NCBI GenBank assembly: GCA_964035575.1
Contig: OZ037837.1
Location: forward strand, 868,001-932,000
Source: Rhynchopus sp. YZ270_cl-10
Lineage: Eukaryota
Length of the DNA stretch: 64,000 bases
Reading direction: 5' to 3'
Below are positions 35,608 to 49,000 of this stretch, in pieces; the first letter of the stretch is position 1; each line of letters starts with the position of its first letter. Below the pieces are notes generated by a model, which was given only the letters and a program-made list of their open reading frames with translations, was not told where the DNA came from and did no database searches. Made by a program: the position numbers and the translations under genes.

Positions 35608-35994
35608 TCACATCATCGTCTGCGTGAAGAAGAGCGCCCATTCATGCGAATCAAGCCCGGTTCCGTCTTTGTGTGGGTCATGCGTGAGTTCAAAGGTTGT
35701 ACCCGACGCCGTGCATACGACGCAGTGTTTGTGGTCACCTCTCGGAGACTTTCCAGCCACGATGCACAGAGAGCGTGTAGTGGGGAAGGTGAGGTTATTG
35801 TCTGTGAGGGGCACCTTGAGGACACCTAGGCCACGAGGCGCTACGAAGGTCTCAATACCGTGCAGATAGCCCTGCGGGTCTTCGAGGAAGCGTGGGACAG
35901 TGTCGATGTCGTCAGCGTCAAGGATGCTTGCGACGCAGGCCTGGAGCGCGTTGCCTTTGCCTGCCTCGTGCTCTGTTTGCAAAATCGGCTTCAT
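35608..35994 (-). CDS. Small papain-fold/peptidase C39-like protein (128 aa)
   Basis: GC-rich ORF in AT-rich context. The motif series QT..GNALQACVASIL..VP.F..SPRG..HCVV..HDPH..G.GL resembles small phage/bacterial C39-like proteins (pattern recall). Confidence 0.7.
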   Translation of the reverse strand: MKPILQTEHEAGKGNALQACVASILDADDIDTVPRFLEDPQGYLHGIETFVAPRGLGVLKVPLTDNNLTFPTTRSLCIVAGKSPRGDHKHCVVCTASGTTFELTHDPHKDGTGLDSHEWALFFTQTMM

Positions 35995-37406
35995 GCGAAA
36001 GAGTTGCGCTGTGTATATCCTGAGAGCGAGAGGTGGTGAGGAAGGAAGAAATGAAAAAGGAGGAGAAGGAGAAGGAGAAGGAGTACCAAATAGAGTCGAA
36101 GAATTTTCATTGAATCAATTTGAAGGAAGAAGAAAATGGATGCGTTCTTTGGCTGATACATTTTTCTTGGGGTCATTCTCAGTTGCTTCACAGGGTTAAA
36201 TGGAACTATAATTATCCACTATTACGTGAACCCCCCCTGGAAATTCAAGAAGGGGTCCCAAACCCGCGATAAGCGCAATGTGCGGCCCGACCTGTTTTGC
36301 AGATTTGGTCATGTATGTTTCGGATTGCAAAGGGACTATCTACTGGTAGCGCTTCTGGTGCAACTGACTGTTTTATGGACTAATGAACACTAAAGGGGAT
36401 TGATCCCAAGCTTCGAACAGTAAGAGGAAAGGGAGAGAGGACGAGAAGAAAATAATATGAATCCAAGCTTCGTGTTTTAGTCACCTTGAAATTAAAAAGT
36501 ATTTCAATGTATGCATTCAATAAATTGATAGCATAGGAGGGATCAACAAAAAATGTTTCAAAAAAAATAAAAAATAAAAGATGAATGTGCATCGCATGCA
36601 ACAGACATCTATATATAAAACAAAGAAAGGGGGGGGAAATAATCAATAACGGCAAATGAAGTGAAGGGGAGGGGAAGGGAGGGGAGGGGAGGGTATTGTT
36701 GTTTGAGTGGTGCAAAACAACGACCAACAAAAAAAATTAAAAAAAAAAACAAACGAGGGGGGGAAAAATCCCCCTCAGATACCTGGAACCTCTCTGTTCA
36801 AGGAGGAGCGCACACCCCTTATGGGCTCGAGGTGTCAACGTTAAGTCAACTCCATTGAAAACCCTGAGAGGGATATTTGCCCTTGTAGAATCAGGTGGAT
36901 CAGGTATCCGTGCAGGGGGGGCGACATAGTGAATCTAAATGGGAACACGAAAAGCTAGCCTAACAAGGAAAAGAAGAAAAATGCTCGAGAGACTCATTAC
37001 TCTTTGCTTGCTTTTTTTGAGCCAACTACAAAAATCGGGGAGGGAAAAAATAAGGATGTGACTGAAGGGGGGGTAATTCGCACTTCTTTGCGCATTTTTT
37101 TTCCTCCCATTTCAGCCACATCAAAGGTTGTTTGTTCGCTTTTCCATATTTTTTAACTACAAAAGCTTTCATTTGACGTTCCCACACCCCCCCTTTCTTG
37201 TTGTTTGATGCGTTGACGCTTCCGCACGCACTAATCTCACACCTATATGGGTGGTGGTGCGGAAGGGGGTGGTTGCATTCCTCTTCGGGGGGGTGTTCCA
37301 TCCTATTTTTTTAAAAAACGTTTATTGGGTGGTGGGTGTTGCGAAGTTTGGGTGAGGTGAACAACGTGACACTTTCCGGTCACAAAGTAGTGTGCGTTTT
37401 AAAATA

Positions 37407-37506
37407 CAGTAGGACAAGTAATATTGGAGACCAAAAAAGTCGCCAATTACAAGAAAACCCCCAAAATCCGCCAATTTTTTTGGTCGCCAAGTTTCTTGTC
37501 CTACTG
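37407..37506. mobile_element. 100-bp Tc1/mariner-type MITE
   Basis: TA-CAGTAGGACAAG ... CTTGTCCTACTG-TA. A degenerate relative lies at ~23465-23564. Confidence 0.75.
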
Positions 37507-38546
37507 TATAGGAAAAAAAAAGGGTGTACAAGATGAACTAATGAACTAAGCCTCTCATTGCTCCATCGATGAGTGATAAGAGATAGAGGCCCGTTCAAAC
37601 CTGCTGCCAAACTTGGTAGTAGGACGTCAGGTCGTATTCGCGGCACCTACCTTGTCTTTGCGTTGCACAGGCCCTTCTTGAATGAATCGCATACTTTTAA
37701 CACGAAAAAGAAAAATCGATGCGACTCTATCAATTATTCAAATAGAAAAAAAAAAAAGAAGAAAAAAACTTAAAAAGATGAATGTGTCTCTCGGTTGGCA
37801 TGCATCTTTAAAAAAAAAAATGGAGAGAAATGTATTTGAACGGTCCTCATCCTCGTGTGAATTAGTCATTTTAAAAGTGTCAACTAGCCTTTTATTGTAG
37901 TTGTTTTTGTGTCTGCGTTGACGCTTCCACACACTACCACATTTCTGTAGTGGTGTCATGGAGCATGGTTTTGGGTGAACGACGTTACCCTTTCCGCTCT
38001 CAGAGTTGTGTGCGTAAAAATGAAAAAGAAAAAAAAGAGTAGTTGAAACGTGCTATAACGTTGCTCGGTGCGAGCTTATGCAGAACAAATGCGTATCAAG
38101 ATAAGTGGTGATTCGCGTATACACATACTTGCAATGCACGCAGATCTTAACACAAAAATAATAATAATCGAAATGAAAAGAAAAATTGGAAAAATAAAGC
38201 CTGCCTTAATACATACACATCGCAAGAGAACAAAGGGCAGGTGGGTGCGGGGTTGTTTTAATATACTGGTGCTCAGGGGGAGCTCGATTTTTGACAGGAC
38301 GCTGACTGGTCGCTGACACAGGGAGGGGTGAGCACTTTATGGACACCCCCCCGATATTGACAGGTCGCTGGCAGGTCGTTGACCGATTTCCGTAAGCACC
38401 ATAATAGTAGTCGTTTTAAAAAAGTCGAAATCCATTTCCCTCTTCCTCCCTCATTTCTTGCGGGGTGGAAGGGGTTTTTGTACTGTTTGTCAAAATTAAT
38501 TGCTGAACAAAAAAAAAAATGGGAGGGGGGTGGTGGGCAACATTGC

Positions 38547-38587
<41 letters not shown>

Positions 38588-39134
38588 GGTTTCCTTGAAA
38601 CCAACAAAAATCAGAAGTGGGGGCTTTTTTCCTATTCCTTAAGAATTCGATTTGACAGAGAAAGGAATTTTTTCAAACATAACAAAGATCGCAAAGTCAC
38701 ACTGTATGAAACTGACATGAAAAAAAACGAGAGAATAAAATGACAATAGGTACCCCTATTTTTTTTGGTACCATCACTGAATGGTTAAAAAAAAAAAATC
38801 AAAAAAAAACAGAAACTTTGACTTCAGGATAAGACGGACGTAAATAAAATATAAAATGGGGAAAAAGGGGGGCTTTTTTGTCGCTCCGCTGATGAGGTTC
38901 CTTTTTCACTGAAGTATGGTGTTTGACTGTGTGTGAAAAGGGGTCCACCAATGCTCGCGGGCACGCACCGTCAGTCGTTTCTCCATTTACCTATTGCCAA
39001 AAAAAAACTTGGTATTTAAAAACAAAAAAAGGATGTGTGTAAGTAGTGGGGGGAAATTCAAGAGCTGAACAAGAGAGTTGGGTGCAGAATTGCACAACAA
39101 AAAAAAAAAAAAAAAGAAAAGAACAAATTCATAT

Positions 39135-40048
39135 CAGCCAAAATCTGCTTAGCCGTATATATTATAATAAAGGCCTGTTTTTGGAGCCACTTTAAAGTGA
39201 TAAAAAATCCGCCAAAAAAATGTTGCGATCCCGGAATTTTTTCAGATCGATCCGGAAATTCATACAAGCGCCTTTTCGGGGGAAAATATTACACCCCCGG
39301 CCTCTCAAACGTACCAGACCGTGGACAGGTGGATTTTATCAATTTTATGGCCCGGGCACATTCTGAAAAATAATATTCTTGGAAAGATAGGATGCGAAAA
39401 CGTTCAATTCCGGGGTCGGACGCTCAAAAATATGCATCTGGGGTGAGCGAGTGGGCGGCGGGAGAATGGGTACTATGTACTGGGTACTGTACAGTGTACT
39501 ATGTACGGTGAGGAAATCTCCTCTTTGGGTCCAACAGTGGTGTCTGTAAATTGGATTTGTTTTGTCAAAAGTTGTCGATTTTTTTTCTTTGGGTTTATTT
39601 TTGACAAATCTTTCAATTCCGACCATTTTTCTCAACTGGAAACACACTCCACGGTACGCAACTTTTGGTGGAGCCAACCACTCTTTCTGCACTGAAATCC
39701 CCTGTATTACATGTACAAAGCATTGGAGCCACTTTATTTTGACTTCTACTCCACTAAAATGGTCGATTTTTTTTTCTATGAAACGCGATGAGCTCGGAAA
39801 TCGATACAAGCCCATTTTCGGAGTGTTTGGACAACAACTTCACACCTCAGGCGCAGGAAAGCAAAAGTGAAAAAACTGCCGACGTCATTTCGCAAAATAA
39901 TTTTTTTTTTATTTTTTTGAAATTGTTTTGGGATTGAAATCAGGGGATCGAAATGAGTTAAATGCGGGGTCGTAAGCTCAAAAATTTGCATCTGTGGTTT
40001 ATTAAGTGAACGAAGCCCAGAAGTATACGGCTAAGCAGATTTTGGCTG
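39135..40048. mobile_element. Non-autonomous TIR element flanked by ATAT
   Basis: ATAT-CAGCCAAAATCTGCTTAGCCGTATA ... TATACGGCTAAGCAGATTTTGGCTG-ATAT. The TSD could be ATAT or TA. Confidence 0.85.
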
Positions 40049-41777
40049 ATATACTTTCAAATAAAATTTGAAAGCATTAGGGAAGTGTATAAAACAACAA
40101 CAACAACCCATCTTTTTTTAAAAATTCCAAATAAAAGAAAAAAAAGGGGGGGGAAAATAAATGGAGAGACTTGTCGCAGTACTATTTATTTCCCGTATTT
40201 CTCCCCTCCCCTTCCTGATTCCTCAATTTTGCCACAGAGAGCACGTGAGCACTGAGGGATGAGAACGGAGGGAGATACGGAACGGGGGTCCAAAAAAAAT
40301 AAAATAAAATCGTAGCAAAGATGGGGGTGGACCTTGAAGGGGGTGGAGCAAAAAAGAAAACAAAAACAAAAACAAAGAAAACTTGAAAAAATGAATGCGC
40401 TTGTGCACAATATCTTTTGGAATAATTTTAAAATAAAACTCAGTAAGACGTGCCCTACTATACAAAAAAAAATGATCGGGTCTTTTGTTTGTGCGCTCAA
40501 AACCGGCCGGGATTTTTTCAATCCGTTTTGTTTGCCCGCAGCGCTGCCTCCAATCTTTTTAGAATTGACAACAAGTTGTTTTATCAAAAAATGCTATTCT
40601 TGCAGCAGCCACCTCACCAAAAAAAAAATTGGTTGGTATGAACTCAAACAGTGCTACCCTAAGAGGCAAGGCCCTACAGGGAAGTATGCCATCATCTCTA
40701 AAGAGCAGCGAGAGAAATGCTACAAATTCTGCTGATTATTTTTTTATTTTTTATTTTTTGTGTACAGTGTTGGCACATCATTACTGTCCGAGGGGGGGTT
40801 CTGTCCAAAAAAAAAAAAAAAAAAGCAACAACATTGCAAGAAGGCTAAGTGACTTTCAATGGTATAGATGCAGATCCTCAAACCAATAAAAAAGTTTCTT
40901 TTTAGACAAACGTAAGGTTGTTTCTGTCTTCCACGATAATGAAGTAGTAAATGACCTTGGCTTTTGTGGTTTTACTTTGTGGTTTCACCGTTGTAAATCC
41001 TCAAGTCAATAACATCATCCACTCCACCGTTGTTTTGTACCATTTCAACGCGTTGCTGGGTGGGTTGTAATGTTTCTGAAAGGTGACACAGACGGCTCCC
41101 AACGTAAGGTTTGCTTCCAGTCGTATGCACCCTCAGAGAAACACATAAAATGGGGGGTGTATGAAAAATGATTAGGCAAGAAGGCCGTCCCAAGCCTCAG
41201 CCTTTATTATTATGCTGAAAAATTTGGTGAAGATGAAACACTAGCGTTGCTCTTTTAGCCACCAGAGGTTACAACGAAACATAGGTACGCTTAAATGGTG
41301 ATCCGGAGGGGTCTATATTGACAGTTGCCCCGTGACACCATTAAAGCTTGATAACTATGTTGAGGGGAAAGGGGGGAGAAAAAAAAAATGTCAAAATTGG
41401 TGTGATCACCAAAACGGATGCTCCGTGGTTCCCCCCCGAAGGTGCTCCGCAAATCTTAATATAGTCCGAAACAGTTCTCCGTGGTTCTCCCGTGGGGTTG
41501 TCCGTACCCTGAATCACACCAAAAATATGGGGGGGTTTTTTTTTTTTTGTGTTTTGTTGAATCCTCTGTAGAAAACTAAAATATGCGCTATAAAAAGGAG
41601 GGGAGGAGGGGACGGAGGGAATGCTGCGGAATGCAAATTTCTGGATGGGAGAGAGACTAGTGGGGAGGGGTAGGTTGCTAAAAAAAAGACTTCGTTTGCG
41701 ATGAGCGCTTGGCGCACACAGCTGTGGTGTGGCTCAAGGCAATGCGCCGTGTACGGCAGGTAGGAGAGGGGAGGGAG

Positions 41778-42893
41778 CAGTGTTGGTTTAATACAGCACC
41801 TAAAAGTTTAGTACAGTTTAATACAGTTTAGTACAGTTTAATACAGTTTAGTACAGTGCAGGGGTGTACGTACAGGGAACATGGTAAAGGGGGGGCTTTG
41901 GTGAGTGGGGGTGATCTTTTGACTTTGCTAACTGCTGTCACATGTTGATTTTCTCCGCAATGCGGGCTTGTGCTTGAGGAACTCGTCAAATGCGGCTCCT
42001 GTAATGCATGGGAGGGGCGGCTTCTTGCTAAGATGTCCACTCCCTGTCTGCAATTCATCGTACTTCCGTGCGATACGCTCGACATTTCTGATGGAGGAGA
42101 CGGTGGCGCTGGCCAACTTCAGGATGAAGTTGAACTCGTTGCCGACCTCGGTGCGGTTTTGTGTCTTGGTGCCGATTAAATCGTTAATGCACCGAGACAT
42201 CAAATGCGCACCGCAGACGATGCGCTGGGGACGGTGCTCGTTCCCCTTCTCCTCCACCAGGTAAGCACACAGCTTACTTGCCGCCGACTGGACGGTCGCG
42301 TCGCCATCTGCGATGACGCACGCGACCTTCCCGTCGAGGTCGAAGTCGGTGCACACCCGCTTCAGGTGTGTCACCACTTTTTTTTCTGGTATGGAATGGA
42401 ACGGGTGTAAATTTTAAATATTACCCAGGCACTCCGCTAGGTACTAAAGTTCTGTTGATTGTCAACAGAACTTTTTGAAAATGGGGAAAAAAAGAAAAAA
42501 AAAAAAAGTTCTGCTAAGTGGTTCAGACCCGTTCTACCTGTCAAAAAAGCTCAGGAGAAGAAGATATGGAGAGGTGAGTGCTCAAACGTCCCAAAAAAGT
42601 CAAAATCGGGCGTTGGTAAAAAAAAAAGTTGCGTACCGTGCGCCTGCGGCGCAAGCATGTACCCCACCAACGTGGACCATCAACTCCATCCTAGCGGAGA
42701 GCCTGATATTACCTTTAAAAAAAAAAAACTAGCTGGAGAAGGTGAGGGGAAAGTCTTACCGTACTTTTTCTGTAGTAAACCTAGTAACCTGTACTAAACT
42801 GTATTAAACCTAAAATCTCAAGAGTTTAATACAGTGTTTAATACAGTTTAATACAGCTGTTTTAAACAACTGTATTAAACCCTGCCAACACTG
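41778..42893. mobile_element. Deleted hAT element with 8-bp TSD
   Basis: GGAGGGAG-CAGTGTTGG ... CCAACACTG-GGAGGGAG, with subterminal GTTTA(A/G)TACA repeats. Confidence 0.9.
41928..42377 (-). pseudogene. hAT transposase catalytic-core fragment
   Basis: VIADGDATVQSA (second D) and IVCGAHLMSRCINDL (CxxH motif). Confidence 0.85.
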
Positions 42894-44047
42894 GGAGGGA
42901 GGAGAGGGGGAATGGTGGTGGGTACTTATTTGAGGAAATACACGACGTCGTCCTCAGAGGCATCTGACAAAGTAAAAATATATCCCGTTGCGCTTGATCA
43001 GATCTCGACCGTTGCATTGCACGCTTCCACTCAGCATTTTGTCAATGACAAGCGATCATTTGTCATCACTTTCACTTATCATTTCAGTTGTCACACCATA
43101 CCAAATGAAATTGGTCCTGAACGACTATAGGGTGCACTGTGAAGCCTCTCAACTGCTTAGTTTCACACCCTCAAAAAACGTGTATTATAATAAGAAAATC
43201 AGGGGAGGGTGGGTTAAGAAGAGACCGCTGTGCTCCCCCACAACGGGGAAGCACACTGCCAAGCATTTTGCGTTGGTCTAGGAGTGGGTAAAAAAAAAAA
43301 GGATGATATTTTCAGATATGCCCCACTGTTTAGACCCCGCATGCCAGCAGTGCAGTTTTTTTTCTTTTTCTTTTTTTTCGAAAACTTGGTTGTATTAGTG
43401 TAGACACCCGAGGAGTGAACTCCTCTATTTTTTTTTCCAATTGTTCGAAGAGAAAAATTAAAAGGAAATGAAAAGAGAAGTAAAAAAATAGCTCAAAAAA
43501 AAAAGTTGGTCAGAGGAAACCTAGTCGTATTCTCATTCTTGAAAAAAATGATATGATAATTCAGTGGAGAGAAGTCGTCGTGTGTCAACAAAAAGAAAGG
43601 TAAGCGCTAGTATTGCGTATGCTGATGTATTTTTCTATCAGGATGGGTCATAATTTTTTTTTTTTTGTAAATTTGGTGTTCCCGAAAGGGCCCATATTGA
43701 CAGGTCCTTGACATGTCCTTCACACAAGGTTTACAGGGGAAAATGACACACCCCCCCTATATTGACATGTCCTTGACATGTCGTTGACATGTCCCCGACA
43801 GCAGATCGGTAACACCAGTAAAGTGTTGTTATAGACAAAAAGTCGTCGGTAATACTACCTCGAGCCGAGTTTTTTTTTTTTGTAACAGTTTTTGTAAAGT
43901 TTTTCTATTAATCAAATACAAGATTCAAGAAAACTTCTGTGTGAAACATTAAACAAACAATCCCCATTCTGATGCTAAAATGCAAGACATACACAAAAAA
44001 ACAGAGCAGCTACCACTAACTTTTTTTTAGCAACAAAAACAAAAAAC
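42861..44047 (+). repeat. 1187-bp direct repeat, copy 1
   Basis: Matches 52541-53727 (offset 9680); no differences seen by eye. Confidence 0.95.
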
Positions 44048-44193
44048 GGGGAAACGACAATGTGGACTCTAAAAATGTGGATTACGACAATGTGGATTAA
44101 TAATCCACATTGTCGCATAATCCACATTGTCGTAATCCACATTGTCGCAAAAAATAATCCACATTGTCGCATAATCCGGATTCTTGATTTTCT

Positions 44194-45043
44194 GCCTTCT
44201 AAGGTGAGCCTCTGTAATAACTAGACTCTCGAAAATTTTTTTGGTCACCTACTAAAAGGGCCCAATTTTGCAATTAAAGCCGGAATTGAGCAGTTTTGAG
44301 CCTCTCCGGGGGTCTAAAACGCGTTTTTGCGGTTTTTTCCACCAAAACACCAGTAATCCGCCTTGTCACATAATCCGGATTATTGTCGGTAATCCGGATT
44401 ATTGACTATTTTTGCCTTCTAAGGTGAGCCTCTGTAATAACTAGACTCTCGAATTTTTTTTTGGTCACCTACTAAAAGGGCCCAATTTTGCAATTAAAGC
44501 CGGAATTGAGCAGTTTTGAGCCTCTCCGGGGGTCTAAAACGCGTTTTTGCGGTTTTTTCCACCAAAACACCAGTAATCCGCCTTGTCACATAATCCGGAT
44601 TATTGTCGGTAATCCGGATTATTGACTATTTTTGCCTTCTAAGGTGAGCCTCTGTAATAACTAGACTCTCGAAAATTTTTTTGGTCACCTACTAAAAGGG
44701 CCCAATTTTGCAATTAAAGCCGGAATTGAGCAGTTTTGAGCCTCTCCGGGGGTCTAAAACGCGTTTTTGCGGTTTTTTCCACCAAAACACCAGTAATCCG
44801 CCTTGTCACATAATCCGGATTATTGTCGGTAATCCGGATTATTGACTATTTTTGCCTTCTAAGGTGAGCCTCTGTAATAACTAGACTCTCGAATTTTTTT
44901 TTGGTCACATCCTAAAAGTGCCCAATTTTGCAATTAAAGCCGGAATTGAGCAGTTTTGAGCCTCTCTGGGGGTCTAAAACGCGTTTTTGCGGTTGTTTCC
45001 ACCAAAACACCAGTAATCCGCCTTGTCACATAATCCGGATTAT
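44194..45043. repeat. 220-bp tandem repeat, ~3.9 units, subterminal in the MULE
   Basis: AAGGTGAGCC recurs at 44201, 44421, 44641 and 44861. Confidence 0.95.
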
Positions 45044-45044
45044 T

Positions 45045-45606
45045 ATCATAATGGTCCCCCGCCCCCGTGTTCCCTCTGTGAAACACTTTCCCTCTCCCCT
45101 TAATATCTCCTAAGTAAGGGGTGTAAGAACAACACCCCTCGTTGTTGGAAAGTGTATCAGTGAGAATGCACAGGCGGATCTTGTAGCATTCGACTGCACA
45201 TTTAATGTGCGTCTCTTCTGCGTAAAATCCATTTTCCCCCAGTTCTTTTGCTACCTTTTTTTGCAGTCTATCAAAATCAATGGTATATATATAAGGCACA
45301 CGCTTTCTAACGTTTAGCCACGCAACAAGCTCTTTTTTTATTTCCATTCCTTCGTTTTTCCCCCTTCCCAAAGATTCCCCGAGAGCATGGTAAAAAAAAA
45401 AAAAAAAAGTTCCCATCTCCCCGTATCTTCACAAGTTTCCCCCCCCAGCCGATCAGTTCATATCTTCGACTGTTCTGCAGATCTCGTGCCGGGAACCTTG
45501 CTCCTCAACCTTCCTCTTAGAAGAAGAAGAAGCGTCTGCACTGGGCTTCTCCACGTCACCACCGATACGACTGCATGGCAGCACCTCGTCCTCGCTGAAC
45601 TCCCCG
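45045..45606 (-). pseudogene. Inverted, diverged copy of the transposase OTU-coding region
   Basis: Reverse complement of ~48519-49074 (YHALGESLGRGKNEGMEIKKE..GAGDHYD), with a frameshifting poly-T expansion. Confidence 0.92.
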
Positions 45607-45617
45607 CCAACACAACG

Positions 45618-45905
45618 AAACCATCTCTTCCGTATGTTGACATACATGACCGCCTAGAGCGAGACTTGATGCAACGATCATGACACAACCAAACCATCTC
45701 TTCGTATGTTGACATACATGACCGCCTAGAGCGAGACTTGATGCAACGATCATGACACAACCAAACGGACGAGAGCGAGACTCAACTATCATGACACAAC
45801 GAAACCATCAAAACCATCTCTTCCGTATGTTGACATACATGACCGCCTAGAGCGAGACTTCATGCAACGATCCTGACACAACCAAACCTGAGAGAGCGAG
45901 ACTCA
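45618..45905. repeat. ~73-bp imperfect tandem repeats upstream of the transposase
   Basis: AAACCATCTCTT(C)CGTATGTTGACATACATGACCGCCTAGAGCGAGAC at 45618, 45691 and 45812. Confidence 0.9.
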
Positions 45906-46020
45906 ACAATACTCAGGAAGTGAGCAGACAGAAGCTTACTATTAAAACTGGTTTTTGTACCTCCTCCCATCTCCAACCAAGTACGATACAGGACGATCAC
46001 ATTTGCGGCTTTACAGAATA

Positions 46021-49000
46021 ATGTCTTTGGCCTGGTCTCGCTTCGAAGCCCATCTGCAGTCGAAGGGCTACGAGTTCGAGATGGTGATGTGGGCCGACGA
46101 GGCTGAGAAGACGGCGATCCTCGCCAACTTCTCGACGGATGTGCTGGAACGTGCGGCGCTGCGCACGACGTGGAAGCTGAGGTGCGAGGCTCTCCCTCTC
46201 GCCCCCTCCCTTTCTACTCCAGCTGTTCGCAAGAACCGAGTTCAACGAGCTGCACCCCCTTCACAAACTGCACCTGCGCCTCCTGCACAACATGCTGACG
46301 CTGCGGTCGACATCTCCGCACCTGTCCCACCTGCTACACCTGCACCTGCTGCACAACATGCTGACGCTGCGGTCGACATCTCCGCACCTGTCCCACCTGC
46401 TACACCTGCACCTGCTGCACAACATGCTGACGCTGCGGTCGACATCTCCGCACCTGTCCCACCTGCTACACCTGCACCTGCTGCACAACATGCTGAGGCT
46501 GCGGTCGACGTCTCCGCACCTGTCCCACCTGCGACACCTGCTGCACAACATACTGACGCTCCGGTCAACCTCTTCGCACCTGTCCCACCTGCGACACCTG
46601 CACCCCCTGCACAACTTGCGGACACGGCGGTCGCTGACGTGCCATCATCATCTGCACAGGAGGTGCAACAGCACGACGGTGTGGTCACAGTGGGTGATGT
46701 GTTCGCCACCGTGCAGCTAGTGAGGAATTATGTGATCGCTAGCATGTGCAAGGCAGGTCGCTCATGTTGCAAGGACTACACGAAGCGACACAAGAAGGTC
46801 GGCAGGGAGAGCAGGATGAAGTGCGGAAAGGACGACGCCTGCGCGTTCGAGGTGGTTCTGCTGGAGACCCCCAACTTGCTGCAGGAGGTCACCCGCGTTC
46901 AAGCGCACACCTGCATCCCCAAGACAACGCAGAAGGACAGGTCCTCTTACGGTACAACCCGCGCACTCTTGAGTACCAAGGGCGGTGCATTGAAGGAGTG
47001 CCATACCGCTGCTTCCGCTTGTAGAGCAATCCGCAAGGACGACGGGCTCGTATTGGCGCCTCGTTTGGCTCAGCGGGCGAAGGAGACCGCATCGCGGCAG
47101 TCAATGGAGTCGGCCGCGATGGAATACGGGAAGCTGAGGGCTTTATTCGCCTCCATCGAGAGCTCGAATCCGGATGTTGTGACGCACCTGCGCTGCGATA
47201 CCGCCAACGATGGGTGTAACACGTCGTACTTTAATGCGGCGTTCATGTCCCTCCCGTATGCGAAACGGATTGTGAGAGACCGGCTTCACATCCCTTTGCT
47301 CTATTTCGACGGCACATTCATGAAAGGGGCATACAGTGGAACGCTGCTCACGTGCGTCACGAAGGACATACTGAACCGCGTGGTGCCGATTGCAGTGGGG
47401 CTCGTGCCTGGGAACGAGAGTCTGGATTCGTGGCGTTACTTTTCCCAACTCCTCAGGGAAACCCTTTCCGACACAGCGGACCACTGCACGTTCCTCTCAG
47501 ACAGGGTCAAAGGGTTAGACTCAGCCCTTGAAGAGTTTTTTCCTCTTGCGGCCCACGCCAAGTGTCTTCTCCATTTGCTGGGCAACGTGGCCACGGCAGG
47601 GAACAGGAGGGCGTTCCAGGCCGTAGTGTGGACGCTTGCTCGCTGCAGGGAGCAGAAGGAGTTCGTTGCCCGGTGCAAGGAGTTCCGCAAGAAGTATAGC
47701 ACACAAATTGTTAGTGCTATACTGAAGAACACGGAGGGTGACGTCTGGGCCGACTGGCAGCTCCAGGGGCACCCCCGCATGGATGAGTACACTCAGAATG
47801 CGGCAGAAAGTTTTAATAGTAGGCTTCTGTCTGCACGCTTCATGGGTATCGCTTCCATGTTTCGGGAGGTCCGCCGAATTTCTGCGACGTGGGCGTTCGA
47901 AAGAAGGGGGGAATTGCTCGCCCAGCACGAAGCAGGCACCCTTGACGTGTTCCCCCACAAGTACAAGACGCAATTTGTGGCGTCAATAGTGGCGGGAAGG
48001 GGGTACGTTGTGATTCCGGGGGAGTGCCGCTACGAGGTGCAGAGTGACCCCCCCCATGTTGTGACGACCAAAAGTGATGACGGTGTGGTGAAGTCTGCGG
48101 TTTGCAGTTGCAAGGCCTTCGAGCTCGAGCAACGAGTGTGTTCGCACGCGGCTGCCGTGATGGCGAAGCTGGAGCAGGACCCCCACACCCTCACCCCTCC
48201 ATTCACCCGCAACCTTGCGATGCTTGATCTGTACGGTGTCATCCCAGAACCTGGGCTGGAGGAGATCAACATTGCTGATCTCCCCCACGACGGCACGCGC
48301 CCCCCCAATTATGCCGTGAGGCCAAAGGGGAGGCCGCGCAAGCAGAGCCGCAAGAAATCGCGCGGGGAGGGGCGCCAATTGCAGTGTAGGCGCTGCGGTG
48401 GGTTTGGGCATCGGATGTTGGGGAAACAGGGACAAGTGCTCTGCAAGAACACTGTTCCCACAGAATGGGCCGACGTGCTCTTCGACAGGGTGCTGCAGGC
48501 GTCGGATGTGGTGCAGGACGGGGAGTTCAGCGAGGACGAGGTGCTGCCATGCAGTCGTATCGGTGGTGACGTGGAGAAGCCCAGTGCAGACGCTTCTTCT
48601 TCTAAGAGGAAGGTTGAGGAGCAAGGTTCCCGGCACGAGATCTGCAGAACAGTCGAAGATATGAACGATCAGTTGATTCAGCTGGGGGGGAAACTTGTGA
48701 AGATACGGGGAGATGGGAATTGCTTTTACCATGCTCTCGGGGAAACTTTGGGAAGGGGGAAAAACAAAGGAATGGAAATAAAAAAAGAGCTTGTTGTGTG
48801 GCTAAACGGTAGAAGGCGTGTGCCTTTTATACATACCATTGATTTTGCAGTCTATCAAGAAAAGGTAGCAAAAGAACTGGGGGAAAATGGCTTTTACGCA
48901 GAAGAGACGCACATTAAATGTGCAGTCGAATGCTACAAGATCCGCCTGTGCATTCTCACTAATACACTTTCCAACAACGAGGGGTGTTGTTCTTACACCC

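Noticed and set aside
44194..45905. Possible CRISPR array
   Set aside because: These are head-to-tail tandem units without unique spacers, there are no cas genes, and the context is eukaryotic.
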